Source: Octopus vulgaris
Lineage: Eukaryota
Reading direction: 5' to 3'
NCBI GenBank assembly: GCA_951406725.2
Contig: OX597820.1
Location: forward strand, 126,666,001-126,730,000
DNA length: 64,000 nt
The notes beneath the pieces were generated by a model that saw only the letters and a program-made list of their open reading frames with translations, was not told the DNA's origin and did no database searches. The first letter of the stretch is position 1, and each line of letters starts with the position of its first letter. Below, one piece after another: positions 26,378 through 41,220 of this stretch. A program made the position numbers and the translations under genes.

Positions 26378-26699
26378 ATATTTTCATTTAGAGATAGTTG
26401 GCCCCTTCATCTCACCATATAAAAAAGAATTTTTATTTTAAATACCTACTGTTTTATAACTTAGCTACACGTGTTTCATGAGGTACATTCTCCGGTTCCT
26501 AAGCCACTCCGTGTTTGGGGCCTGATGATTGGGGATTCATTGTAAGAAGGGTTCCAGCAAAACACAGAGTGGTTCAGGAACCAGAGAATGTACCTCATGA
26601 AACACATGTAGCCAAGTTATAAAACAGTAGGTATTTAAAATAAACATTCTTTTTTATATGGTGAGATGAAGGGGCCTACTATCTCTAAATTAAAATATA
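26378..26699. repeat. Long inverted repeat (~140-bp arms) with a hammerhead-like motif across the centre and right arm
   Basis: 26378-26516 is the near-exact reverse complement of 26559-26699; CTGATGA at 26522, GAAACACATGTAGCC at 26599-26613. Confidence 0.9.
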
Positions 26700-26988
26700 C
26701 ATATATATATATACATACATACATACACACATACATGCATACATATATTCAGCAGTATCAGCACTAAGCAAGGTTAAGGCAAAAATGAACTTTAGAATAG
26801 TTAAAATATGTTTGTGACATATTTCAACTTCTTAAGGCAAATTCTCTGCAGTTAGTGTAGAGAAAATATCTCTCAGAGAATTTATCTTCAGATGTTGAAA
26901 TATCTATGTACGTATGTATGTATGTATGTATGTATGTATGTATGTATGTATGTATGTATGTATGTATGTATGTATGTATGTATGTATG

Positions 26989-27047
<59 letters not shown>

Positions 27048-27540
27048 ATATATATGTGTGTATATATATATATATATTTATATATACACACATACACACA
27101 TGCATGCACGTATATTGTCCAATTAAGGAAGAGTCCTTTTGAGTGAGAACAGAGACAAAAACTTCACATGATTGCATACAGTTGTTGAGTGGACTCTGAT
27201 ATGTGATAGAAAACTTGCCCTCTTTCAGCTGCAGAAACCATTCAATACCATTCGTATCTCTAAAATCCATTTAAACAAACATGAACATCAATTTCAATAA
27301 AACTAAGCACTTATGTTTGGTTCAGTGGGAATAGACAAACTAACAGAAATATATGTCAAATCTTTTAGTATAAAGATTCATAAACTCTATTTCATTGGTT
27401 GATATAACAAAAGATTCTTTAAAAGTACACAGATTTGTAGGCTTCCACTCTATATGCATTCAAGTAATATTTTTTTCAGAACATTTAAAAATTACATTTT
27501 TTATTTTTTTGATGTTTTAATTGATTTTTTTTTTTTTGTA

Positions 27541-27910
27541 AGAGCACCATCCGAGCGTGATCGTTGCCAGAGTGGCTATCTGGCCTCCATGCCGGTGGCA
27601 CATAAAAGACACCATTCGAGCGTGATCATTATCAGCATCGACTTACTGGCACCTGTGCCGATGGCATGTGTAAAAGGATTCGAGCAAGGTCGTTGCCAGT
27701 ACTGCCTGACTAGCCCTTGTGCCAGTGGTACGTAAAAGCACCCACTATACTCTCGGAGTGGTTGGCGTTAGGAAGGGCATCCAGCTGTGGAAACTCTGCC
27801 TGATCAAGATTGAAGCCTGGTGCAGCCATCTGGTTCGCCAGACCTCAGTCAAAATCGTTCAACCCATGCTAGCATGGAAAGTGGACGTTAAAGAATGATG
27901 ATGATGATGA
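27541..27910 (+). mobile_element. RTE 3'-UTR-only copy
   Basis: Same repeat units, CCATGCTAGCATGG palindrome and (GAT)n tail as the long element. Confidence 0.85.
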
Positions 27911-28240
27911 GAGCCAGAAGCTGGACTAAATATTGCCACAGGCTGGATCTCGTCCAAGGGCTATATGTTTGACCTCGCTGGTGTATACATTGGATTATCA
28001 GGTAGATTTGTTGATTTTTGTTTTGGTGTTTTTTCAACTGTGTTCTTCATTGACATAAGTTTGAAAAGGAGTAAAATTTATTCAAATTTCAAAAACACTT
28101 AACAAAAGTTATAAAAGAACAGAGCTACAACAAAAGCAAAAATATATAAAGCACAACGTTAAACGTATTTTTTGTGTTAATTCAAATAATATTAGAAAGG
28201 ATTAACAAAAAATAGGGAAAAAAACAAAAACAAATGAATT

Positions 28241-28648
28241 TGTAGTGATGCTATTTTGGAAGTTTTCAACGCTCATGCGCAGAGTTGGATTACTTCCGGT
28301 AGGTCGCCGGAAGTTCCCTCGTGTGCAGAGAACTGCCAACAGAAAGTTTTCCCGCTAGATCGGTCTTTTTGAAGCTGCATCCCTATCAAGAGGACATGAC
28401 TCAACCTTCTCTCAAGGAAAACCTAACACATAGCAAAGCCCCCTTCTGTGCGGAAACGGAGACAGCATTTATGGCTCACACAAGTGAACTATTGTGAATA
28501 GTTTTATGGACTTAGCTACCGGTTCGTCCCGAAGAAAATATATGTGTATATATTTTATTTGCGAATCCAGACAAAATAAAGTATTATTTATTGCTGTTGA
28601 AGGAAGTCGAAGTTTTGGCTTTACTTTCGACACGATTTGAATGTAACA
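28241..28648 (+). other. CpG-retaining island: possible solo LTR or promoter
   Basis: Starts TGTAG and ends GTAACA; AATAAA at ~28575; ETS-like ACTTCCGGT and CCGGAAGT; NRF1-like CTCATGCGCA. No clean TSD. Confidence 0.35.
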
Positions 28649-28935
28649 GGATAAAACCAACACCCCTCAAGTGTTCTTCACATTATTTGATATATTGACT
28701 CTGTCACACACATACAAACAAGCATTATAAACTGCAATCTGCCCCCTACTGCAAAAAGATGATAAAAGTCTGCCCATCTGCCCTGCCCATCTGCCCTGCC
28801 CTTTTGCCCTGCCCTTTTGCCCTGCCCTTTTGCCTTGCTTACTTACTCAAACAAACCTTCACTCCCCAACATACTGCAATCATTCACCTTCTGGTAATTT
28901 ATGTTTTCCCCTATCCCTTTGACTCTTTTACTTGC

Positions 28936-30029
28936 TATGAGAGTCAGCTGAAAAGTTTATAGGCTGGCCAAGATACTCTTGTGGAATGGGATCAAATTAT
29001 TATTTATTTTATAACATAGACCCCTTGCAGCCCACACACATCGGTGTTGCAGAGCTTGGCTCAAAGTGACAAATCCAACATTCATCCAGGCTTAAGAAAT
29101 AGTCTGCCTCAAACAATGTCGGATTTTCCCATGATATGATCAGGTGTCAGAAGGCATGGCACCCACCAACCAGAAACTTTTCTCATGCCGAGTTCATTGT
29201 GCAGAATATTCACAACTCTCTTGCAGGATATGCTAACAGCATTGGATATTTGATTTATAGACAATTACCTGTCATCTGTCAGCATGTACTTACTTGTACT
29301 TGTGGCAACATTCACCCTGGGCGGGTTGAGTCAGCTTCTTCCTTGGAAGAAGTTTCATAGGAATATGTGGATTTCACAAGCTGTCCCCAACAATCCCGCA
29401 TGTAGAGACATCCTGTTTGCCACAGACGTAGGGACAGAACGACCGAGGAGCCACCGGTTACTGAAGCAGACACTCCAAGGATTTTCACCAGAGCCCCGTC
29501 TGCCAGGTTGTGGCCCTAATACCACTTGGTGTCAGACCAATCTGCCTTGGGTGGCCCTACCAGGAACCGAAGTTCCCAAAGGCATAGCTCTGTCACTACC
29601 CGTTGCCAGCGTCCTCACCATGGAGAACATGAGCAATGTTTACCATCAGCAGTGGCATTTCAGGGCATCCAGAACTTGTGTCATCTTCAAGACTCTACCT
29701 TCTCCTCATAAATGCAACAGCCTACTTTTGTACTGTTGCTGGAGCATCCTCTCCGAATGTAGCAACCATGTCAGCACAAATGCTTTGGGAGCTAAACTCT
29801 TTTTTCTGCAGTTACTTGATAAAACCACAAAACCAAATTTTGTCCATTTTCAAGAAAAGTCACTTCTAGTTCCTTCCGAAGTCCTTTTTGAACAGTCAGA
29901 TGTCAGTTTACCTGGAAAGAAACAATACAGTTATTAATAAGAAGGGATGGAATTAATGCATGCAAGATTTCGCAGCTCTAGTACCCCTCCTTCATAATCA
30001 GCCTATGAAAATTTCAGCTCACCCTCATG
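28936..30029 (-). mobile_element. Deleted mariner-type element with TIRs
   Basis: TATGAGAGTCAGCTGAAAAGTTTATAGGCTG vs CAGCCTATGAAAATTTCAGCTCACCCTCA; degenerate transposase-like internal sequence; insert at ~29377-29602. Confidence 0.7.
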
Positions 30030-30773
30030 TTTAAAACAGCCCTGGCTCATTTGAAGTACCAAAGTATGTACTACTATAGTGTAAACCCCCATTTATTTAA
30101 GTAGCTTCACCTCATCTTGTCATTTTTACTTTTCTGAACTAACGAAGTGGGTCTCTATATCATCACTTAGTTTGCTTGAAATAACAGAGACATTCATTCA
30201 AAATCATACCTTATTGCCTCAAAAAAAAGGAAGTTCACATTGGACAATGTCATCGTACATACCTCTAAAATGGTGCTATGGTTTCAAATGGAATGTCCTT
30301 GACCTGTTTAAATCATAGCTGGCTTGAGTTTAAATAACAACAACAATATCATTCTTGTGTCTCACTTCCAGGAATTGAACTCATTGAATGTGAGCCAAAT
30401 ACTCCTAACCCCAAAGTCACATGCCGTCACAGTATCTCATATACCAAAGGAATGGTCCTGGCTGGAGTGATTTTTATTGTAATTCTGACTAAACAATAAT
30501 AACATCAGCAGCATCAACATGACTAGTCTGAGAAAACCTACAAGGGCTGAGAATGGCTCCCTTCTACTTTGGATTCACTAATAAAATAAAATATTCTCTT
30601 GACTAATTTAATTCAGGCCAATGGCTGGCTCACTGCTGATTGGTTGGTTGCATGGATGTATGCGAGGTTAGACATTTCCATTGACTGATTGATATATGGC
30701 TGGCCGGCTGGAGGATGGGTGGGTATGGAAGGAGGTAGAGGAAGGAAGACATACATAAAATACACATGCACGC

Positions 30774-30814
<41 letters not shown>

Positions 30815-31060
30815 AGCACACATACAAACACATACATACATACACACACACATATATCAGTAGCAACATTCAACATTCTAGAGAAAATTTTTTTTTTATT
30901 TAAAATTAAATAAGGGTAGAAATTGATATTAATCAATTAAAACCAGTGGCCTGGCATATTTAAAAAATCCGAAGATTAAAAATTTTTTCACATACAAAAT
31001 TTAGAGGACTGACCACTAAAAGTGGACAGCCTGTATGCAAGATATAGACATCAAAATCGT

Positions 31061-31099
<39 letters not shown>

Positions 31100-31180
31100 T
31101 CATCATCATCGTTTAGCGTCCGCTTTCCATGCTAACATGGGTTGGACGGGTCAACTGGGGTCTGTGAAGCTGGAAGGCTT

Positions 31181-31311
<131 letters not shown>

Positions 31312-31619
31312 TATAGATAAATAAAAAGGGGTTAGTATGATTGTGTATAGAGGGATGTATATTATTCAAAGGAATTCCAACTCTGTTTTTTATGCTTTAT
31401 TTATATTCTTTATAATATTAATGTAGAATATAGAGTATATAGTATAAATATAGTATAAATATAGTATAAATAGTATATATAGTAAAATGAAATGAACTAT
31501 TGATTGTCTTATTGAATAGATGAAATATTGAATATCAAATATTAAGAGACTAGTATACTTTCTTGCATTTAAGCAGTCTTCAAGGTCCCAGGTTGTGACA
31601 GGAGTGGTTCAACTGTATA

Positions 31620-33440
<1,821 letters not shown>

Positions 33441-36400
33441 TGAAGAGCGTGAAAAAGAAGTGAAATGGCAATGAGAAGAGAAGTAGATGAAGTATTATGA
33501 GAAAAGGTAAAAACAAAGAAAAGAAATAAAACAATAGAATCAAGAAGACAAAACTGAGAAACTTCGCCATTCACTTTATAGAAATGTTCGAGTGTTATGG
33601 TGATTATAATTCAAGTAGGATTAGAAGCAAGATTACATTGCACAAATGTTTCCATTGCTAAGGAGAAAGTAAGAGAAAGAGAGAGCGAGAGAGAGAGAGA
33701 GAGAGAGGAATAGATGGAAGCAGTGAAAAATTTGGTCTTGTTTTTATCTCGATCTCTTTAAAAGCTTTTCAGTGAGTAAATAATAGAGTGGAGAAAACTT
33801 GGAAGAAATTCTCTGGTTCAAGAATTAGGTGGTGTGGCTATAGGGATATTGGAAATCATGGATTATATAGCATGAGACTCTGATAATGAGTGACAATCGA
33901 GAAGTGAGTGAGGAATGGTTCTTAACATAATGGTCATTCGTGAATGGTTAGAAGATTTTTGTAGATGTAAAATGACTGACTGGAAATATTTACTGGATTT
34001 TGTATAGGAAATTCAAAGCTCCTGAGCTCAATTCCACTGCTGGCATTTTCTTCTATATTTAGATAGTTTTGATTGATTCTACATGTTTCAGTTGAGTTGG
34101 CAATCAGAGGGTTCCAAGTTCAGTTCAGCTGCATGGCATCTTTTATTGTAGAGTTGGGGTTTAAACAGTGAGCTTGCAAAATTGTTAGCACTCTGGATAA
34201 AAAGCATTTCATCTGTCTTTACGTTTTGAGTCCAAATTCCACCAAGGTCCACTTTGCTTTTCATCCTTTCAAAGTCAGTGAAATTAGTTGTTATTACGCT
34301 GAGTCAGAGCACACCTGGGAACAATAATTGATAACAGGTGATTTCACACTCCTCAAAAACCTTGAAACTCCTGGACCAGGACCCCACTACAGGATACACA
34401 GTTTCAACTCTTACCCAGAACAAATTTGAGTGGTAAAATTATTCTATTTCACAGTTTAAAACCGTTTTGCATTCAAAATTATTTTATCTGATGTAATTCT
34501 TATCTTTTCTCATTGTTTTGATTTAGTCGTGCATTATCACAGAGGTTCAAAATTTTGATAATGTGACTTTTATATTTTTAGAATAACATTATAGGGTAGG
34601 TACAAGAGGCCGGCTTCTGGCTGGTTTGAATTTTAAACAAGTAGAGTATTTGGGCTGGATATGGCCAGTTTAAATTCTAAAGGGTTAACACTCCTGTATG
34701 ACATCTTTGGTACCTTTAGCACAGTCTGCTCTATTGCAAGTATTCAGGTTAGGTCTTTGGTTTGAGGTTACATTCCTTCCTTCCACCAATCTCACATCAA
34801 GTGCAACAAGCACTTCAGAACATCTCAGGAAAAATTATCCTCATTGAGAAAAGCTAAAAGTCATAGCATTATTTCTTGTAGCTTCAAAACTGAAAATTCA
34901 TATGAAATACATTATACATTTGTGCTGCGGTGAGCTGGCAGAATCGTTAGCACACCGGGCGAAATGCTTAACGGTATTTCGTCTGTCGCTACATTCTGAG
35001 TTCAAATTCCGCCGAGGTCGACTTTGCCTTTCATCCTTTCAGGGTCGATTAAATAAGTACCAATTACTCACTGGGGTCATTGTAATCGACTTGATCCGTT
35101 TGTCTGTCCTTGTTTGTCCTCTCTGTGTTTAACCCCTTGTGGGTAGTAAAGAAACAAATACATGGCAAGCCAGCAGCACCAAACCGTTATTGTGAGATGA
35201 GGAAGAAATAGTAGATGTAGATGAAAACCTACTATCAGTGAAAACATGGTTTTGGTTAGTTCAAGGCTATAGTAGAAGACATTTGCCTGAGATGCCATAC
35301 AGGAGGACTGAACCCAGTGCTATTTGATTAGGAAGTGAATGTCTAAACCACACAGCCATGCCTGTACTTACTTTTGTACATATTTACTTAATAGTTCTTT
35401 CACTACTACTTTGGTAAGTTATGAGGCGACTATGTATGGTTTCAAATTTTATGGTCACCAATTTCTGGGAGGAGGTTAGTCAATTACATCGACCCCAGTG
35501 CTCAACTGGTACTTTATTTTGTTGACCCTGAAATTATGAAAGGCAAAGTCAACCTTGGCAGAATTTGAACTCAGAATGTAAAGATGGATGAAATGCCTCT
35601 ATGTATTTTGGCCAGCATGATAATGATTCTGCCAGCTCAGTGCATTAAGAAGATTATATATTGATTTCAAATATTGGTACAAGGAATTTGGACACAGAAT
35701 GTAAAGACAGACAAAATGCCACTAAGAATTTTGCCTGGTGTGCTAACAACTCTGCCAGCTAACTACCTTAAGAAGACAATATATTGTTGCTGAAAGGTGG
35801 CAAGCTGGCAGAAACAGAAGCACGCCAGGTGAAATGCTTAGTGGTATTTCATCTGCAAGCTGGAAAAGGCAGCGGGCTGGCAGAATCGTTAGCACGTTGG
35901 ACGAAATGTGTAGTCGTATTTCGTCTGCCGATACATTCTGAGTTCAAATTCTGCTGAGGTCAACTTTGCCTTTCATCCTTTCGGATTCGATAACTTAAGT
36001 ACCAGTTATGCACTGGGGTCGATATAATCGACTTAATCCGTGTGTATGTCCTTGTTTGTCCTCTCTGTGTTTAGCCCCTTGTGGGTAGTAAAGAAATAGG
36101 TATTTCATCTGTCTTTATGTTCTGAGTTCAAATTCCTCTGAGGTCGACTTTGCCTTCTATCCTTTCGGGGTTGATAAATTAAGTACCAGTTGCATACTGG
36201 AGTTGATCTAATTGACTGGCCCCCTTTCCCAAAATTTCAGGTTTTGTGCCTAGAGTAGAAAAGAATATATTGCTGATGAAAATTAAGAAGACAAAAAACA
36301 TTTGGAGTTGTTTTCCCCTTACTTGTTCACCACCACCTCCACCTCCCAAACATTTTCGAAAAGTATAAATTAGTCATCAAACTAAAATATATTTCTCAGC

Positions 36401-37257
36401 GGGGGCAGATATGGCTGTGTGGTTAAGAAGCTAGCCTTGTCACCATGTGTTTTTGTGTTCAGTCCCACTGCATGACGCCTTGAGCAAGTTTCTTCTGTTA
36501 TAGCTTCAAGCCTACCAATGCTTTGTGAGTGAATTTAGTTGACAGAAACTGTGTGGAAGCCCATTGTGTGTGTTTATGTATGTATATATGTATGTCTACA
36601 TGTGTGTTTCTCTGTATTTGTGATTGTCCCACCACCACTTGACAACTGCTGTTGGTTTGTTTATGTCCCCCCATAATTTGGCGACTTTGCAAAAGAGACT
36701 AATAGAATAAGTATGTGACTTTAAAAATACAAGTACTGAAGTTGATCTGTTTTCCTAAAACCCATAAAGGTGGCGCCCCAGCATGGCCCTAGTCCAATTC
36801 CTGAAACAAGCAAAAGCTAAAAGGTGTGTGGTAAAAACTTGCTTCCCAACCACATGGTTCTGGGTTCAGTCTCATTGCTCAGCACTTTGGACAAGTGTCT
36901 TCTACCATAGCTTCAGGCCAACTAAAGCCTTGTGAGTGGATTTGGTAGAAGGAAACTGAAAGAAGCCTATCATATGTGTGTATGTGTGTGCGTGTGTGTG
37001 TGCTTGTGTGTGTGCTTGTGTGTGTGTGTGTGAGTGCATGTGTGTATGTGAGTGAGTGTCCCCTCACCATCACTTCACAACTGATGCTTGTGTATTTATC
37101 TCCCCATAACTTAGCAGTTCAGCAAAAGAGACCAATAGAATAAGTCCTGGGGTCGATTTCTTTGACAAAATCCCTTTAAGGCAGTGCTCCAACATGGCTG
37201 CAGTCAAATGACTGCAACAAGTAAAAGAATAAAAAATTAAAAATATGTATACATATA

Positions 37258-37660
37258 GGCGTAGGAGTGGCTGTGTGGTAAGTAGCTTGCTTACCAGCCA
37301 CATGGTTCTAGGTTCAGTCCCACTGCGTGGCACCTTGGGCAAGTGTCATCTACTATAGCCTTGGGCCAACCAAAGCCTTGTGAGTGGATTTGGTAGACGG
37401 AAACAAAAAGAAGCCCGTCGTGTATATGTATATGTATGTGTGTGTGTGTTTGTGTGTCTGTGTTTGTCCCCCCCCAACATCGCTTGACAACCGATGCTGG
37501 CGTGTTTATGTTCCCGTAACTTAACGGTTCGGTAAAAGAGACCGATAGAATAAGCACTAGGCTTACAAAGAATAAGTCCTGGGTTGATTTGCTCGACTAA
37601 AGGCGGTGCTCCAGCATGGCCTCAGTCAAATAACTGAAACAAGTAAAAGAGTACAAGAGA
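37258..37660 (+). mobile_element. Near-consensus SINE family B, third of three adjacent copies (36405-37660)
   Basis: GGCGTAGGAGTGGCTGTGTGGTAAG...GGCGGTGCTCCAGCATGGCC...CTGAAACAAGTAAAAGAG. Confidence 0.88.
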
Positions 37661-38554
37661 GAGAGTACATTGTTTTTTAAAGTACTCTGCATTAAATATG
37701 TTCCTGTCTTTTCATCAACCATCTTAGTCACTCAGCTATTTTGTCTTTACTCAGAATAATTATGAAAGGAAAAGAAATAAAAGCCAAAAAAAGAAAAATG
37801 GAAAATATAATGCTTATTTTTAGTATTTAGCTGTCATACCTTCAAGAACTTTACCATAAATCAAATTAAGAAACTTTGTATGTTTTCCAACTAAAAGTCT
37901 TTCTACATTATCTTCTTTTTTTTAAATATGTTAGTTATTTTTGTTATTTATTTATTTGTCTTCTTCATTTTGTTCGGCAGATTCCTTTGCCAAAATCTTT
38001 CAATGAATCTCTGTACACGATGTTCAAGATACAAGCATTTTTATGAGAAGAACACAAACATTTTTGTTAATTACAAATAGGCTTCTAACGAGGTCATTAA
38101 CAATACTGAAGTTGCGTGAATAAAATGTTAGATAAGCGGTCATTAACTTCGTTTCGCAGTAAAAAGTCTTAAACACGCATCTTAGAGATTGTTTCTTAAG
38201 TCACTTCAAAAGCACAAAAGAAATACAATTTGTTTCTCTTTTAAAATTAATAATAAATTATCATAAATTATCATAAATTTCGTAAATTATTCTAAAATTT
38301 CATTACTATAGGTACATACATGGCTTTGTCGTAAGAAGCTTGCATTCCAGCCACATGGTTCCAGGTTCAGTCCACTGCATGACATATTGGGCAAGTATCT
38401 TCTACTTTGCCTCAAGCTGACCAAAGCTTTGTGAATGGATTTGGTAGATGGAAACTGAAAGAAGCCCATCATGTGTGTATGTTTGTGTGTGTGTGTGTGT
38501 ATAGATCGGTAGCCACTGCACACATTTTTTTCTCTCCTTGTTTTTTCTATGTCC

Positions 38555-38590
38555 CTTTCTGCAGAAGAGCGTAGGCTCGAAATGTAAAAG
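38555..38590 (+). ncRNA. Minimal hammerhead-like motif (paralogue of 10132)
   Basis: CTTT-CTGCAGA-A-GAGC-GTAG-GCTC-GAAAT-GTA-AAAG inside a ~160-bp module nearly identical to 10105-10258. Confidence 0.5.
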
Positions 38591-39402
38591 ACTTTTTCTA
38601 TTCCTGAGCATTATACTAATACATCTGTTTGTTTTCTACACCACCTGTCTTCATCTTTTGTTGTTTTTTTCGTAAACTCTTCCTATATATATATATATGT
38701 ATATGCATGTGTGCGTGTGTATTCATGTGTGTGTACTTGTCTCCTACCACCACTTGTCAACTACAGTTGATTTGTTTGTATGCCTGTAGCTTAGCAGTTC
38801 ATCAAAAAGAGAACAATAGAATAAGTACCAATGTACCAGTCTTAAAAAAAAAAAAAACTTGAAACAGTTAAAAAAAAGAAGGAAAAAAAGATAAACTTGA
38901 AATATGCAAGCACGAAATTTATTCCAATGAAATGGACCTCAGTATGTAACTGGTACTCCTTGGTGCTGCATTTGGTAGATTAACATGCAAACTCTATCTC
39001 AGAATATTGCAAGATGGCAGTAAATCATGTGAGATGTTTTAGGCTGTCACTCAACCATTTCTACTTATCCACAGCATAATAGCCCTTGACATAATAAGGC
39101 AAAGGCTTATTTTACAACCACATGATTTCAGGTTCAGTTCCACTGTGTGGTACCTTAAGCAATTGTCTTCTCTCTCTTTTACAGTGTCATGTTGACTAAT
39201 ACCTCATGAGTGAAATGTAGGTGATGGAAACTGTACAGGAAGCTTGTTTCATATATATGTATAAATATATATAAAAGTAAACTGTATATATATAATACAA
39301 TTTTACTGAACCTTCAGTTTTTTTATATGCTAGACCACTGGTGTGAAATCGATGTTAATTAAATTAATATCTAATTTCTCACCCTCATTTTAAATTTAAA
39401 AT

Positions 39403-39463
<61 letters not shown>

Positions 39464-40685
39464 ATATCATCAGTAGCTCATATATTTCAAATTTATATAT
39501 ATTTATATTAATAAGGATAAGATCATAATTTAAATACCAATCTTATCAGCTGGCCAGCATAGGAATTGAAACCTTTAAAGGTAATAATTATTATTAAAAT
39601 TATAATTTAGGGTATCTAAGAGATATCACCACGCTGGAAATAGCAGCCAAAACTTGACTCTAAAACCACATTAAATGATCATACAGCACCAGGAGAGAAG
39701 ACAAAAGGACAAAATAAACTGGCAAAAAAAATGTAGAAAATTGATTGTTATGTCCAGTCAGAGAGTGACCATGGGTTTCGCCCCTGTAAACTATGGAGCA
39801 GTTGGCAGTAAAGGTAATTCGTAAGTCTAGGTGATTCAAATAGCTTGAGGCACTTATAACTGGTACGTAATTGATCAACTCCGAAATGATGAAAGGCAAA
39901 GTCAACATTGGCAGAATTTGAACTCAAAACATAGCAGCAGATGAAATACCACTAAGCATTTCGCCTGGCATTGCTAACAATTCTGCCAGCTTTCCACCCT
40001 TTATTGAATAATAAATAAGATGGTGTCCCCTCACCATCACTTCACAACTTCTCTACCCCAGCTATGCTTAAGCCTCAGGATCCATCACTATCTATGAGGA
40101 CTTAAGATACTGGTTGGTTTCGATTTTTGGCACAAGGCCAGCAAGCTGGGGGAAGAGTTAAATCAATTGCTTCAACCCCAATACTCAACTGGTACTTATT
40201 TTATCAACCTCAAAAGGATGAAAGGCAAAGCCAGCCTCAGTGGAATTTGAACTTGAAATGTAGACAGACGAAATGCCGCTAAGCATTTTGTTTGCTAAGC
40301 ATGCTAATGATTCTGCCAGTTCATCACTTTATAAGGACTTTATTTAAATATCAATGTTGTAAGATTAGCTATCGGTATCACATTTTTATTTAGAATCATC
40401 ATCATCATCATCATCGTCGTTTAACGTCCGTTCTCCATGCTAGCATGGGTTGGACGGTTCGACCGGGGTTCTGGGAAGCCAGAAGGCTGCACCAGGCTCC
40501 AGTCTAAATTTGGCAATGTTTCTACAGCTGGATGCCCTTCCTAACGCCAACCACTCCGTGAGTGTAGTGGGTGCTTTTTACGTGCCACCTGCACAGGTGC
40601 CAGGCGGGGCTGGCAACGGCCACGGTCAGATTGGTGTATTTTATGTGCCACCGGCACGGAAGCCAGTCGAGGCGGTGCTGGCATC

Positions 40686-41137
40686 GGCCACGAGTCGGAT
40701 AGTGCTTTTTACGTACCACCAGACCAGGGATCCTGGCTGGTTCAATTCGATTTCGATTTCGCTTGCCCCAACATGTCTTCACAAGCAAAGGGGGTTGGCA
40801 AGGGTGCCTGTCGTACGGTCGCATTGGAGTATTTTACATGCCACGGCCACGAGTCGGATAGTGCTTTTTACGTACCATCAGACCAGGGATCCTGGCTGGT
40901 TCAATTCGATTTCGATTTCGCTTGCCCCAACATGTCTTCACAAGCAAAGGGGGTTGGCATGGGTGCCTGTCGTACGGTCGCATTGGAGTATTTTACGTGC
41001 CACGGCCACGAGTCGGATAGTGCTTTTTACGTACCACCAGGCCAGGGATCCTGGCTGGTTCAATTCGGTTTCGATTTCGATTTCGCTTGCCCCAACATGT
41101 CTTCGCAAGCATGGGGGTTGGCATGGGTGTCTGTCGT
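40686..41137 (-). repeat. 159-bp tandem repeat (~2.8 copies) in the LINE 3' UTR
   Basis: GGCCACGAGTCGGATAGTGC recurs at 40686, 40845 and 41004. Confidence 0.92.
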
Positions 41138-41220
41138 CGGATGAGGTTCTATATCGACTTCGCTTGCCTCAACCGGTCTTTGTGTCCAAGGGAGGAAAGG
41201 CATTCATAAGTGGGCTGGGC

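Noticed and set aside
28525-28575. Hammerhead-like CCGAAGA...GCGAATCC
   Set aside because: Both core boxes deviate and no helix III can be formed.
29284-29937. 217-aa plus-strand ORF
   Set aside because: Spans the antisense of a mariner relic and an inserted repeat; chimeric and motif-free.
34925-35015. tRNA-like A/B boxes as tRNA genes
   Set aside because: They are SINE heads continuing into SINE bodies; no clean cloverleaf.
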